Origin: a virus
Length of the DNA: 64,000 nt
Strand: one strand, 5' to 3'
Virus record (IMG/VR): IMGVR_UViG_3300023184_000030
Span: 32,001-96,000 of that record
Shown here: positions 35,247-46,458 of the stretch, in pieces
How the letters are laid out: each line of letters begins with the position of its first letter
Numbering within the stretch: position 1 is the first letter of the stretch
Program-made: the position numbers and the translations under genes
The notes under the pieces: model-generated
Told to the model about the DNA's origin: nothing
The model's input: the letters and a program-made list of their open reading frames with translations, nothing else
The model's database searches: none

Positions 35247-35496
35247 ACACAGCTTCCTCCTTTTTCCATTTCAGACCCATAGAATCAAGTTGTCCTTCCC
35301 CATATTTTTCGGATAAAGAATCGGAAAAATATTTTTCTCTTCTTCTGCATTCTTCAAGTTCTTGAATCAACTCGGAGGATCTAATCTCCATCTTCTTAAT
35401 GGTTTCCTCTACTGTCATTATTTCACCATGGATTCTGATAAACTCCTGGGAAATACTTAAAACCTCTTCTTTTTCTTTTTTATCTAGATCTGTCAT
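35230..35496 (-). CDS. small coiled-coil protein
   Basis: 88 aa helical ORF ending LSEKYGEGQLD. Confidence 0.65.
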   Translation of the reverse strand: MTDLDKKEKEEVLSISQEFIRIHGEIMTVEETIKKMEIRSSELIQELEECRRREKYFSDSLSEKYGEGQLDSMGLKWKKEEAVYEVIK

Positions 35497-35511
35497 TTTA
35501 TTTAATTTTTA

Positions 35512-37263
35512 TTATGTACTTGTTTTCGCTGTTGTTGTTGATCCTGCATTTCCCGTTGACTTTCCAGATACAGTAACAATGCTTCCTACGCTATATCTAT
35601 CCGTCAATGGTATGTATCCGCTAATACCATCACACGTTTTCCAGAATAGCCTAGGATTTCCGTTTGTAGTGCTAGCAGAACCAAGAAAAGTTAAATCAAC
35701 ATAGCAACTTTGGGTAGGAAAAGCGTTCATTGAAGGCTGATACCTAAATCTCATAAAATATTGTACCGATTGTATTGTTGTTGTTTTTCCTACTGTGAAA
35801 TCCCAATAATTAAATACCAATCCTGCTATTTTATAATTCTGCCCACTTATAGTTGTAGTATCGTTCAAGAATATTCTATATGTGTTGGTGTATCCTGTAT
35901 TATAAAGTCCTTCCACATTTTGCTCATATGAGGTAGGTATTCTAAGGAAAACCTCTTTACTAGCGGGAAGATTGTATGTGCTTGGTGTAACTAGGATCAT
36001 GTTGCTGTCCCATAAAGAAATAGATGTTAAATCGATTACGTTATAAACGGTTGGTGTAAATGATGTGGCTGCATCCCAAATTCTTGCAGTCAAAGTGATA
36101 GTTGAAGCATTGACCTCTCTGACCTTCTTAACCGTATAAAGATAAGGTCCTCCTGTAGCTCCAGCAGCCTGTCCTCCGGTAGATCCAAAAGTGGTCTGAA
36201 TATGTTTCCCTGAAGAAACAGATCCTCTTGCTTTAGCTGAGAATATTGGTGCGTTTTTAAGATCGAAAAATTCAAAAGCAGAGTCTTGAGTGCTAGAAGC
36301 TAGGATTGATATGCCTGATGCTGATGTAGATCCGCCAGAAGGGAGATTCTTAGTAGCATCGAAAACTAGCTGACCATATTGCGAAACTGTACTTGGCTGT
36401 ACTTTTATAGGAATTCTAGAAGTTAAAGAAGATGAAGATAGCGTTATGTTCGAAGAGGCTAACGAAAGGTTTCCCCCAAGCCCAATAGTTGTGTTTGAGT
36501 ATAGATAAAAATCACCAGTTCCCCCAATAGTAACATCCTGAATGGAGCTTATTTCTGCCCGATCCCCGTATAAAATGGATCTTGCTGTATATGAATCTAT
36601 ACTAAGACCGTTTAAAGCAGAGATCTCGAGATTGCCTGTTGAGTAATATCTTAGAGAAGCTGAATTTCCTACCGTTCTCCAATAGAAACCCGGTACTCCT
36701 GTTGAGGTTGCTCCGGTTTTAGAGAAAGTAAATATGGGTCTGGTTATTTGATCGTCGGTAGAAACTAATAACTTGCTTCTATTTGGATTTATTCCAGCTA
36801 TTGTGTTATAATCATCCCCTATAACTAAAGATGTATTAGATGCAGTTAAACCTGCCTTTATACCTATTGCATACTTATCAGTTACACCGGCAGGTCCTAT
36901 TATGCCACCATATACAGAAAGATATGGTGAAGTGAATAAAGAATATCCACTGTATGCCCAAGAACCCCCAGTACCTAATGTATTTACTTTATAATCACTA
37001 GTGCTAGAATCTATCCACAAGTCAAAAGGATTACCTGAAATTGGTGCAGCATCAGATTTAGTCCAAACAGTACCTCTTAAACCAGTAGTTCCTGTTGCAC
37101 CCTTTCTCCCTGACGGACCATCATATCCGGCTGAACCCTTAGGTCCTTGATGTCCATTAGGTCCAACGCCAAAAGAAAGTATCTGGTCGAAATTATAATT
37201 GATCTTTCCTTTTATCTCAGAAGCTGAATCACCAGCAAAAATATATTTAGTATTAAAGTGCAT
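35512..37263 (-). CDS. tail fibre/appendage protein with short collagen-like repeat (paralog 1)
   Basis: GD...KINYNFDQI, a (Gxx)n run, then RGTVW. Confidence 0.65.
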   Translation of the reverse strand: MHFNTKYIFAGDSASEIKGKINYNFDQILSFGVGPNGHQGPKGSAGYDGPSGRKGATGTTGLRGTVWTKSDAAPISGNPFDLWIDSSTSDYKVNTLGTGGSWAYSGYSLFTSPYLSVYGGIIGPAGVTDKYAIGIKAGLTASNTSLVIGDDYNTIAGINPNRSKLLVSTDDQITRPIFTFSKTGATSTGVPGFYWRTVGNSASLRYYSTGNLEISALNGLSIDSYTARSILYGDRAEISSIQDVTIGGTGDFYLYSNTTIGLGGNLSLASSNITLSSSSLTSRIPIKVQPSTVSQYGQLVFDATKNLPSGGSTSASGISILASSTQDSAFEFFDLKNAPIFSAKARGSVSSGKHIQTTFGSTGGQAAGATGGPYLYTVKKVREVNASTITLTARIWDAATSFTPTVYNVIDLTSISLWDSNMILVTPSTYNLPASKEVFLRIPTSYEQNVEGLYNTGYTNTYRIFLNDTTTISGQNYKIAGLVFNYWDFTVGKTTTIQSVQYFMRFRYQPSMNAFPTQSCYVDLTFLGSASTTNGNPRLFWKTCDGISGYIPLTDRYSVGSIVTVSGKSTGNAGSTTTAKTST

Positions 37264-37278
37264 CTATTTATTTTTAAT

Positions 37279-39282
37279 TTATACCCCTGAAACTGTTATT
37301 TGATAAGCTGTTTGACTCGATAAAGATAAGCCAGCAAATTCTATTGTTCTTGCCGTTCCAGATCCCGTAACGGTTCCCTCGATAGTAATTCCTGCTGGAT
37401 AATAAATTAAGGTAGAAGTTACAAAGCTTGGGGAAGAAGCGAAGGTTACAGCCAATTCTATTTTAGTAACCCCACTATTAAAGGTTGCAGTTAATGCTGA
37501 GGTTGGTGATATATTAGCAGGTCCTGCAAGGTACGAGAAAAAAGGAAGAGTTGAATATAATGTTGCACTTACTATATAAATTCCACCCGAATTATAAACA
37601 TAAGAATTTGATGCAAATGTATTATATAAAACACCGCACTTAGTTCCTGATATATTACCTCCATATGCACTATAATAAACAGAAAACCATTTTCTGTTAC
37701 CCGCAGTAGAACCAACACCAGCTATATTCATTATAGTAAAATCCACATGGGAAGCTCCTAGAGCATTAGAAGATGTTAAATCCACAATCTGCGGATATAT
37801 CGAAGCGGGTGAATTTGAAAATGTATTTGATGTATTCAGTCCTAAGAATCTAATAAACTTGCTTTCAGTATCTATTCTAACTCTAAAGTTGATTGCCTCA
37901 TAGTTATTTAACATATTTAGCCATCCCCCATTATTATTACTTCCGCTTCCTCCAGTTGCTGGAGTCCACAGGCAAATTCCTATTGGATCGGAAGGTCCAA
38001 ATGTTGAAGGACTGATAACAAAATCAGTTCCGTTATTTGCATTTATCCTAGCTGTTGATGTTCCGTCTGAATAAATTGCACCTGGTATTATAGTGTACCA
38101 TTTAGTTGAAGCTACAGACAGTGCACTAGCGGTAACTGTTGGGGTAACCGGCTGAACCGGCTGTATTGAATTAATTCTCTTATTATAATAAACCTCTCCA
38201 TTAGCCTTCACATCAAATATAACTTCACTTGATGTATAGGCTAAGAATAATCTGGAAACATTACTGGATATTACGTTTGCTTTAAATCTTAGATTACCTA
38301 CGCCTGACTTAGTACTTTCTAACCAAAGAGGGGGAAGATCACTATTTAGGGTATTAGTAAAATCGAAAGCTATAGGCATCGTAAACACATTCCCTGAATA
38401 TGTGTTAGTGATATAACTTATGTTTCTATTGGACAGAAAAGAAGTACCTGCAGAAGAGAAATTTAATATAAATTTTCCTCCTGTCGTTACAGAAAGACCC
38501 TGATTTCCTGATAAGTTTAAATTAAAACCAGTAGATCTATATGTTGAATTCCCTCCTCCATTGGTAGTTGTAGAAAGCTTTAATTGTCCAAATGGTATAT
38601 CAAAAAATAACGAATCCCCATTTTTCCAAGAAAGACCATATTTCAAAGCAGCTGTTGTTAAAGTAGAAGTCCAATAAAATCTAGGGGTCTTTGTATTAAA
38701 TGAGGTAATTGCTGAATAACTACCCTTGGTAAATTCCATCAGATTTTTTCCAGTAGCTCCACCGTTTATTGCAATAACAGTCTTAGAATATTGCGGATTT
38801 GCAATCGGTCCAGCAGATAATGGATTATCGCTAAGTACTAAAGTGTAGCTGGATGGATTTACCGAAGTTAACGTGTACCCATTATATGCAGAATTACCTG
38901 CAGAGGTGGGGATATTAGAATAAACTCTAAATATGTCCTGCGAAAGGATTCCGAATCCGTATCCGTTCCATCCAGAGGAAGAAAATTGATAGATCTGATT
39001 ACCCGATCCTGTTCTTGTATTTAACCAGAAGTCATTATTAATATAGCCAGTTAATCCTGGATCAGTAGCTCCTATGGTCCAGATGCTACCTCTACTTCCC
39101 ATATCTCCATAAGAACCGACTGGGCCAGTTTGTCCGGATTCCCCCTGCGGACCCCGGTCTCCTATCTTTCCATAAGGACCACCACCAAAAGTTAATATAT
39201 CAGAAAAATTAGAGTTGACCTTGTCAGCTAAAACTTTTTGATTGTCCCCTTCTTCTATTCTTAGTAATTTTAAATCTGGCAT
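37279..39282 (-). CDS. tail fibre/appendage protein with short collagen-like repeat (paralog 2)
   Basis: GD...KVNSNFSDI, a (Gxx)n run, then RGSIW. Confidence 0.65.
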   Translation of the reverse strand: MPDLKLLRIEEGDNQKVLADKVNSNFSDILTFGGGPYGKIGDRGPQGESGQTGPVGSYGDMGSRGSIWTIGATDPGLTGYINNDFWLNTRTGSGNQIYQFSSSGWNGYGFGILSQDIFRVYSNIPTSAGNSAYNGYTLTSVNPSSYTLVLSDNPLSAGPIANPQYSKTVIAINGGATGKNLMEFTKGSYSAITSFNTKTPRFYWTSTLTTAALKYGLSWKNGDSLFFDIPFGQLKLSTTTNGGGNSTYRSTGFNLNLSGNQGLSVTTGGKFILNFSSAGTSFLSNRNISYITNTYSGNVFTMPIAFDFTNTLNSDLPPLWLESTKSGVGNLRFKANVISSNVSRLFLAYTSSEVIFDVKANGEVYYNKRINSIQPVQPVTPTVTASALSVASTKWYTIIPGAIYSDGTSTARINANNGTDFVISPSTFGPSDPIGICLWTPATGGSGSNNNGGWLNMLNNYEAINFRVRIDTESKFIRFLGLNTSNTFSNSPASIYPQIVDLTSSNALGASHVDFTIMNIAGVGSTAGNRKWFSVYYSAYGGNISGTKCGVLYNTFASNSYVYNSGGIYIVSATLYSTLPFFSYLAGPANISPTSALTATFNSGVTKIELAVTFASSPSFVTSTLIYYPAGITIEGTVTGSGTARTIEFAGLSLSSQTAYQITVSGV

Positions 39283-39312
39283 CTTTTTCTATGGAATCTT
39301 AATAAGTTATTG

Positions 39313-39320
39313 TATATATC
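39313..39320 (-). promoter_or_regulatory. late-type promoter motif GATATATA
   Basis: Exact octamer overlapping the upstream stop codon, 30 nt before ATG 39282. Confidence 0.6.
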
Positions 39321-40890
39321 AATAAGTGAAAGATCCCCCGGAACCTCCAGTAGATCCTATAGCACCAATCGATGAGTAAGGTGCATAAGCACGATAATAA
39401 ACTGTGGTTAAACCAGATCCTGTCATTCCCCTAGCAACAGTAAGTTCAACGGTTGGAGATAGGAAGGGTAATGTTACCTTAGTTACGCAAGAAGCTGAAG
39501 CCCCTGTTCCTACCCCAATAAACTTAAACCCCGAAGCTGATGTTGTTGGAGAATCTGAGCTATTATGAACCGTTATATCTATTGATTCCCCCATTCGAAG
39601 TCCTCCAGATCCACCCCATCCTAAATCAGAATCGTTATATAGGCCAATTCCGACATGTTGTCCCGAAACTATAGCCGGATTGATTATCATAGTATTTCCG
39701 TTATCTAAAGGGGACCCTACTGTTGCAGAAGTCCTAGAAATAAAATACCAATTTATTGCAGTAGCTCCTGAATAACCAATCGTTCCCGCACTAGTAGACG
39801 GATATGATATACTCTCCAATGTTTTATTCATTTTAAGCTTTCCCCTGGTTGAAAGCCAAACTTGATTTCCTGTAGAATTCTCTAGTGTTAAGTGATAAAC
39901 ACTTTGTGAAAGTGTGCTATATGTGTCACCTGTTCTTGTCGATCTGAATCCAGCTGTTCCTGATGGTGTTATCTGTGTATGTGGGGATGAAGATGCTACT
40001 GTTGCTATTGATTTAATAGGATCAAGGAAACCTCCAGATACCCCAGACACGTTAAGGTACTTACTTGTTACATTAAACTGTCCAGTTGAGCTAATATTAT
40101 ATCCACCAGTAGCATAGATGCCTGATCCTGATGTAGCTCCGTAATTTATATCTGTACCTTTTTGTGATTCCATCTTCAGAGAGGAAAACCCTGATTCAAA
40201 TCCTCCGGAAACACCAACATCTAAAGTACCACCAGGAACTCTTATACCTAATGAATTGTCTGTTGGTATAGGGGAAGGCCAATAGAAAAATGGATGCAAA
40301 GAGTAATCCGCTATGGTTCCATCTGCCAAGTCACTCCTAGAAAATTCTAAAAGAGGTGAATCATTCACGGTTGAATCTGTGGAAATAGAGAATTTAGAAA
40401 GCAATTCATTTATAACACCATTCTCTGGTGTAACATCACTTAATACGAATAAGTAATTCTTGGGCAATACCTGGGACATCTGTATAGCAGTACCAGTTCC
40501 TCCTACGTAGGTGCTACCTCCGTTATATGTAAAATTGTCTATCCTGAATAGATCTGCTCCTGATCTTATATTATATCCAGTGGAATTCCATCCAGTTAAT
40601 TCTAGGATGTATATGTCACTGCTTGTTGAATCTATCCAATAGTCTCCTTCCTGAGCTGATCCAGCAGGAGCTACAGAAGTAACGAACCATCTAGTTCCCC
40701 TTGCTCCATCTAATCCAGTAGGCCCAAAAGTTCCCGAATCTCCTATTGCTCCTCTGTCGCCAGTAGGGCCTAAAGTACCCTGACTTCCTCCGTGTATTTC
40801 CACGGTTTCGTCAAAGTTATTGTTCAGCTTATTTATTAGTTGGCTTTGGTTGTCGCTGTAATCTAAGGCCTGTATATTAGTATTTGGCAT
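39319..40890 (-). CDS. tail fibre/appendage protein with short collagen-like repeat (paralog 3)
   Basis: SD...KLNNNFDET, a (Gxx)n run, then RGTRW. Confidence 0.65.
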   Translation of the reverse strand: MPNTNIQALDYSDNQSQLINKLNNNFDETVEIHGGSQGTLGPTGDRGAIGDSGTFGPTGLDGARGTRWFVTSVAPAGSAQEGDYWIDSTSSDIYILELTGWNSTGYNIRSGADLFRIDNFTYNGGSTYVGGTGTAIQMSQVLPKNYLFVLSDVTPENGVINELLSKFSISTDSTVNDSPLLEFSRSDLADGTIADYSLHPFFYWPSPIPTDNSLGIRVPGGTLDVGVSGGFESGFSSLKMESQKGTDINYGATSGSGIYATGGYNISSTGQFNVTSKYLNVSGVSGGFLDPIKSIATVASSSPHTQITPSGTAGFRSTRTGDTYSTLSQSVYHLTLENSTGNQVWLSTRGKLKMNKTLESISYPSTSAGTIGYSGATAINWYFISRTSATVGSPLDNGNTMIINPAIVSGQHVGIGLYNDSDLGWGGSGGLRMGESIDITVHNSSDSPTTSASGFKFIGVGTGASASCVTKVTLPFLSPTVELTVARGMTGSGLTTVYYRAYAPYSSIGAIGSTGGSGGSFTY

Positions 40891-40893
40891 TTT

Positions 40894-43800
40894 TTATATC
40901 TTAGCTATTCTTATATTAAACATTAAAGAGTAATAAAAACCAAATTCGGTTGGATATTCAAACTCATATATTAAATTAGTGATCGGCGTTAATTTATAGT
41001 TGTTATCTATAAAATATTCCAATTTATATCTATCACTAGAAAATAGATCGCCTCTAACTATTTCAGAATCGGGAATTGCTGCGTTTGCAATTTTCTTAAC
41101 ATAAAGATCAAATACGTCACCTCTGTATATAGGAGCAACGTTTAAATCGATATAAGTGTTGATATCATCATTTATTGATAGTGGATCGCCTACTCCAAAC
41201 TGTGATATTATATTATCGATAAAAACTTTCTTTATCCCTGAATTTAATAGGAATCTTCTAAGTATTCGATCTAATCTTATTATTCCTTTTATCTTTTTCT
41301 GTTTTGGAAAATTTTGCCAAACAACTTCTGCATTCGAGAATATCTTAAGGTCGAGCTTATTATAATCTACTCCAGAAAGGTATGGACCAACAGAGCCTAT
41401 ACCAGTTCCTGAATCTGCCTTACCTATTTCTTGAACGCTCTTGATAAAGCTGTCAATTCTAGAATTTAATCTACTTACATTTGTGCTACCTGTTGTTCTA
41501 GAAATCTGGAGAGTTATATAATTATTAGCCTGTATAGGATCAGGGGTCTGCATAACTTTAGAGCCAAAGAAAGTTTTATATTCTTTCATGGATCTTGTTC
41601 CTGCAACAGGTGATCCTGAATTACTACTAACATATCTGTCATAATATCCAGGATCCCATGAAGAAGAAAACAAATTAAAATTCTTTCTTGATATTGGGGT
41701 TAATCCTATTAAAGGATAAACTGGGCCTTCCGGATATGAGCTTGCAGCAGCCAATATATTAGATCCTTCTGAAACCTTGGTGTATCCTAGATTTCTTGAA
41801 ATACCAAAGTACTGTTTATCTGGTGCAAAATTACAGTTTCTGAAAGAAAGATCTATTGAATCAGATCCTATTAATGTGTCGGTCTTATCTCTGTCGAAAT
41901 GTATGACCTTTCTGAAGATTGGCTCGTATTCGCCCGAGTATCTGGTTAAAATAGAGGGTATTGTTGGATCTGGTGTTCTTATAGCATAACCAGTTTCTAC
42001 CCTTGCACCCTTTAAAATTCGAGGTCCGTTATACTCTTTAAAAACCAAAGATCCGCTAGGTTTAGTTATCTTAGTAGGTTTTTCGAAATAAAGCTCAAAA
42101 CCATTAGAAGTAAATATGGTTGATCCCGAAGTAGCGTCCTGTTGGTAGCTGGAGTATTTTATATAGGGTGAGCTTTTATTAAATTTATCTGCTATATAAG
42201 AAACAGAGCACCTCGAGAGTAATTCTTTATAATAGTTAGATCCACCTCCTATTTGTGTAACTGGCTTTCCCCTATATACAGAAGATGGTCCAACAGGAAC
42301 TGTCACGGGATTAGATGTAGAAAAGGGAATGGTAAATAAGTACGCTGATCCGGTAGCTACCTTTCCAAATTCTATAAAACTAGGACCAACCCCGGTTGGC
42401 CAAGGGTAAGTTGTTGATAAAGTTGAAACACTAAAACTTCCAGTACCAGTAGAGCTTGGACCTCCGGTAGCACCATCCGCATTGGGAACATATGTTGTGT
42501 GGATTTCCTCTCTTAGATCTGTATCATAATCAGAATTTTTTACTATGTTTATTACCCCAGTAGTTCTAGTTGTATTAACAACACTACCTGATACCAACGA
42601 AAGATCCAATGCAGCACTTAATTTTATATCGTCTACAGAATAAAACTTTTGTGAAGAAACCAGGGGAGACCTTAGTTTCTCTTTATCATTTAAAGTGTAA
42701 AGAAGCGTGTAATCTAAAATCGGATTACCCCCTGTTCCTCCGGTATAACCAAGATCAAAAGTTTTTTGATCCTTTATAACAAAGTCACAAACGAAAAGGA
42801 CAAACTTCTGCTGATCGTTTTCTATTACTTCGTATTTAACTGGAGCTTGTATAATTGTATTATCCTCAGGAATTGCTCTTAATATGGCAGAGAACTTATA
42901 ATCCTCGTAGCCTCTATAATATTTTATGTACCTGTCTGATTCAACAGATCCATCAAAAAAAGTATCAGATCTTTTTTTCAATACTATTTTACAACCTCTG
43001 AATATCGTCTCATAATATCCTGATGCTTCGTTATAAACAAGAGGAGTGAATAGCTCCTTGGTGTAAAATGAGGCATCACTAAATTCTAAAGCATAATCAG
43101 AGGGCTCCACAGTAAAGTATGAAGCTAAATATAAAGCATCATATGGGTCGGAGCTTCTAGCTTTATCTAAATCTATTTTATAAGGTAGATAACTATTCTG
43201 ATCGTTCATAAACTCTTTAGGAAAATCCCTAGGAGGTTGCTCAAGCAAAAACCATTCGTGAGTTAAATATTTAGGATCAGGAGTTATTCTTTCAAAACTT
43301 GGTGAAAAGTTAGTAGGGGAAAAAGCTGGGCTACTATTTAGCCTATATCGATTTCCTCTAGAATCTGTTCCCAGAGAAGATCCCCATTTACTTATATAAG
43401 GAACTATTTTTGATATATTAGCTCTCTGCGTTGTGAAATTCTCTTTCAGATATTCATATTCGGTATTAATCTTGCCGTAATAAAATACCTCTTCCTTTGT
43501 TGGATCTACATTCTTAGGATCTAGAAGAATCGCCTGTATGCCTATAAACCCATTAAAGGCTTCTAAGTCTCTTGTGTATCTGATGCCAGAATATGTAGTA
43601 GTAGAAGAAGAATAAATAACGTCAGAATATTGGGCAGGAAAGACAACGACATTTCCTGATGAAGAAGTTCTAGACTGAATGATATTTAATGCCGCAGATG
43701 ATTCGCTCAGATTTAAACTAGGATCGGAGACAGCAAACGAAGTATATCCAGTTGCGCCATAAAACAAATTACCGGCATTATAGATATTTCCAGTTGCACC

Positions 43801-46434
43801 ATAACTTATTTGTCCCCTTTCTACAAAGTATGGGACATTAGGTTTTATTACGTCATCCGTATTAGGTTTTATTTGGAAGTATTTATAAGTCTCCGGTGTT
43901 GGCGAATAGCTATAGTCAGAACTAAAGAAATCGAAATTAAATTCTTTGGTATCAAAGAAAGTAAATACCCCTAGATTTAAAGAAGCGGAATCGTATACAT
44001 TGAAAGATTGATCTGAACCTAAATTTATCCGAGAATATATGTCCTGTAGATTCAATACAAGCTTATATTGGAAATCATTAAAGCCTATAATCTTTCGGGT
44101 AACCGGATCTATCTCAGGATCATCAACATATTTATTAACTGAATCTATCATGGAAAATCCAGATTCTGTCTTAATATAATACCCTGCTAAAACCTGATTT
44201 GAATATTTGTTATCAAATACTATTCTATTGTTTCTATTTACCGTTCCGCCTACAAAGTTAATATTTTGCTTTATTTCTGAAGCATCCGTACCGTTAATCT
44301 TAATGTATCCAGGGTAGGAAAATGTTGAATACTCATTCCAACTGCTAGAAGTGTCGGGGGAATTTGTAAATTGGATACCCCCAGTTGGACCAGTAGATCC
44401 TACTATCGAATAATATGTATTATTATAAAGAACTATGTCATCAGATATGTAATTTGATTTATTATCCCACGCCCCCTTATATTTTTTAATAAATTCCGGA
44501 TAGTTATCAAATATTGATATAGAGTAAGAGTTATTACCATATAATCCTGAATTTTTAACTCTAATAATAGAGGATTCTTCAGAATTACCATAATCCATTG
44601 TTGAGGTATCAACATCAGAAAGAACAGAAGATAAAGCTAAAGCTATCTCAGCTGTTGTACCTGTAGATGCATTGAAATAATATGAATTTCCTGTTGAGTA
44701 ATAAGACCCTCCTGTCCATATCATCATCGAAGAATAATCAGCAGAACTTATTAAATCATATTTTCTTGATCCCTCCTTTCTTGATCCATTTGGCCAATAT
44801 AATTTAAAGGTTAAAGGTGTATTATTATCATACGCCTTTAGAAATTCTATCTCAGCGTAAGCTTTACCAGCTTCTACTGGTAAATCACCTTTAATAGTAA
44901 CAAGTTTATCGTCGCTTCCTGTGAAATTAAGTAGATCTATTGTTTGATTTTGAATTACTAATGATCCCGATGTTGCTCCTGTTGAGCCTGTTGCAGAGAA
45001 TTGTCCTGTCGTATAATCAAAGGGCCCATATGAATATTTAGGTTCGGAACCCCCATATCCACCATAATCTTCAGTTCTTTTTAAGTTATAGAAACTGTCA
45101 TTTTTATCAGTTAGATAGAACAATTTATTAGGATCCAATAGATTAACATTATCTGAGCCGGGTAAAAATCCAGTTGCGTTTTCATAGAATAATCTAATTC
45201 CAGATGTAGCACCTATCTTATATGGCTCATTGTTATAATAATATCCCACATTATCCCTCGAAGGTATCGGGGTGTTTTCATTTCCTGCTAAATTTCTGTA
45301 CTCGTAGAAAAATTCGCCATTAGTTCTGATTGTTGCAATGTCGTTTCGTGATACATACATTCCAACATACCTGTTTATAGTATATAAATCTGAATCAGCA
45401 TCATCAAAGAAGAATTCCAGGTTTAATAAATTGGGACATATTATACCATTTCTAGAAAATCCTGAAGTTATATAATCTTCTAAATCTATCATAGGGTCAG
45501 ATTTAGCAGATGAAAGATATTGATTTAAAAGTTCACCCTTTCTCGTATAGATCCCATCAGATACGCTGGCTCCCTTATAGTAAGTATATGAATTATATCC
45601 CCAACTTACCTCCAATGGTGAATTGGAAAATTGCTTATTATTAAATATCGATCTTATGTATTTACCAATTTTGGTATTTTCTCTAAGATCAAATGTCTTT
45701 ATAGCAGTTGCGTTATTTAATATCTTATTTTTAAAAGTAGAAGATACATCATTTACAAGTGGAAGATTTTCCAATTCAGCATAAACAGCAACCTTACCTG
45801 TACCACTTATTATACTATAGGTTGTGTTGTTTGTGTTACCTTGAAATATTTGACCGTCATAGTAATAAATATCATTACCTGAAGTATCCTTACCGTATGC
45901 AATCTTAAATTCAGATGCAGTATCATAATCTGCAATCACCTTATAACTCTTAGTAGCATCTATCTGTGTTACGTTTGTTGAATATGAATAGTCCAGAGGA
46001 TTATCCAGCTTAAATATAACGAAAAAATCAGGTATCTCATTTTTAATCCATATCGGAGCAAAGTAGCTAAAATCCTCAGGATAGTTTTTATCTATTAAGG
46101 CAGAAGCACCGCTTGCGTAGAAGAAATCATATTGATCAGAGAAATATTGTGCTGGTTCATTTTCTCCATTTGTGAATTTCCCAACCTGAAATATTATATC
46201 ATTAGAGATTTTACCGTCGGAGAAAAAAGTAGAGACGTCGCTGGCATAGGAATTCTCTCCTGTTACCGTGTATTTTTTAAATGCGTCGTTGCTCAAAGTA
46301 TTATTAACGTCCATTGAGTTAAACCAAACTCCACCTTGAGAATCTATAGAAATTTTAAAATTTCCAGTCAATTTTGGATTTGTTCTGATAACAGAAAAAG
46401 AAGAATTATAATCAAAAAGTCTGGATTGAGACAT
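40894..46434 (-). CDS. large putative virion structural protein
   Basis: 1846 aa, beta-rich composition, within the structural module. Confidence 0.6.
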   Translation of the reverse strand: MSQSRLFDYNSSFSVIRTNPKLTGNFKISIDSQGGVWFNSMDVNNTLSNDAFKKYTVTGENSYASDVSTFFSDGKISNDIIFQVGKFTNGENEPAQYFSDQYDFFYASGASALIDKNYPEDFSYFAPIWIKNEIPDFFVIFKLDNPLDYSYSTNVTQIDATKSYKVIADYDTASEFKIAYGKDTSGNDIYYYDGQIFQGNTNNTTYSIISGTGKVAVYAELENLPLVNDVSSTFKNKILNNATAIKTFDLRENTKIGKYIRSIFNNKQFSNSPLEVSWGYNSYTYYKGASVSDGIYTRKGELLNQYLSSAKSDPMIDLEDYITSGFSRNGIICPNLLNLEFFFDDADSDLYTINRYVGMYVSRNDIATIRTNGEFFYEYRNLAGNENTPIPSRDNVGYYYNNEPYKIGATSGIRLFYENATGFLPGSDNVNLLDPNKLFYLTDKNDSFYNLKRTEDYGGYGGSEPKYSYGPFDYTTGQFSATGSTGATSGSLVIQNQTIDLLNFTGSDDKLVTIKGDLPVEAGKAYAEIEFLKAYDNNTPLTFKLYWPNGSRKEGSRKYDLISSADYSSMMIWTGGSYYSTGNSYYFNASTGTTAEIALALSSVLSDVDTSTMDYGNSEESSIIRVKNSGLYGNNSYSISIFDNYPEFIKKYKGAWDNKSNYISDDIVLYNNTYYSIVGSTGPTGGIQFTNSPDTSSSWNEYSTFSYPGYIKINGTDASEIKQNINFVGGTVNRNNRIVFDNKYSNQVLAGYYIKTESGFSMIDSVNKYVDDPEIDPVTRKIIGFNDFQYKLVLNLQDIYSRINLGSDQSFNVYDSASLNLGVFTFFDTKEFNFDFFSSDYSYSPTPETYKYFQIKPNTDDVIKPNVPYFVERGQISYGATGNIYNAGNLFYGATGYTSFAVSDPSLNLSESSAALNIIQSRTSSSGNVVVFPAQYSDVIYSSSTTTYSGIRYTRDLEAFNGFIGIQAILLDPKNVDPTKEEVFYYGKINTEYEYLKENFTTQRANISKIVPYISKWGSSLGTDSRGNRYRLNSSPAFSPTNFSPSFERITPDPKYLTHEWFLLEQPPRDFPKEFMNDQNSYLPYKIDLDKARSSDPYDALYLASYFTVEPSDYALEFSDASFYTKELFTPLVYNEASGYYETIFRGCKIVLKKRSDTFFDGSVESDRYIKYYRGYEDYKFSAILRAIPEDNTIIQAPVKYEVIENDQQKFVLFVCDFVIKDQKTFDLGYTGGTGGNPILDYTLLYTLNDKEKLRSPLVSSQKFYSVDDIKLSAALDLSLVSGSVVNTTRTTGVINIVKNSDYDTDLREEIHTTYVPNADGATGGPSSTGTGSFSVSTLSTTYPWPTGVGPSFIEFGKVATGSAYLFTIPFSTSNPVTVPVGPSSVYRGKPVTQIGGGSNYYKELLSRCSVSYIADKFNKSSPYIKYSSYQQDATSGSTIFTSNGFELYFEKPTKITKPSGSLVFKEYNGPRILKGARVETGYAIRTPDPTIPSILTRYSGEYEPIFRKVIHFDRDKTDTLIGSDSIDLSFRNCNFAPDKQYFGISRNLGYTKVSEGSNILAAASSYPEGPVYPLIGLTPISRKNFNLFSSSWDPGYYDRYVSSNSGSPVAGTRSMKEYKTFFGSKVMQTPDPIQANNYITLQISRTTGSTNVSRLNSRIDSFIKSVQEIGKADSGTGIGSVGPYLSGVDYNKLDLKIFSNAEVVWQNFPKQKKIKGIIRLDRILRRFLLNSGIKKVFIDNIISQFGVGDPLSINDDINTYIDLNVAPIYRGDVFDLYVKKIANAAIPDSEIVRGDLFSSDRYKLEYFIDNNYKLTPITNLIYEFEYPTEFGFYYSLMFNIRIAKI

Positions 46435-46458
46435 ATTCTAAGCTCGTATTATGTTTTA

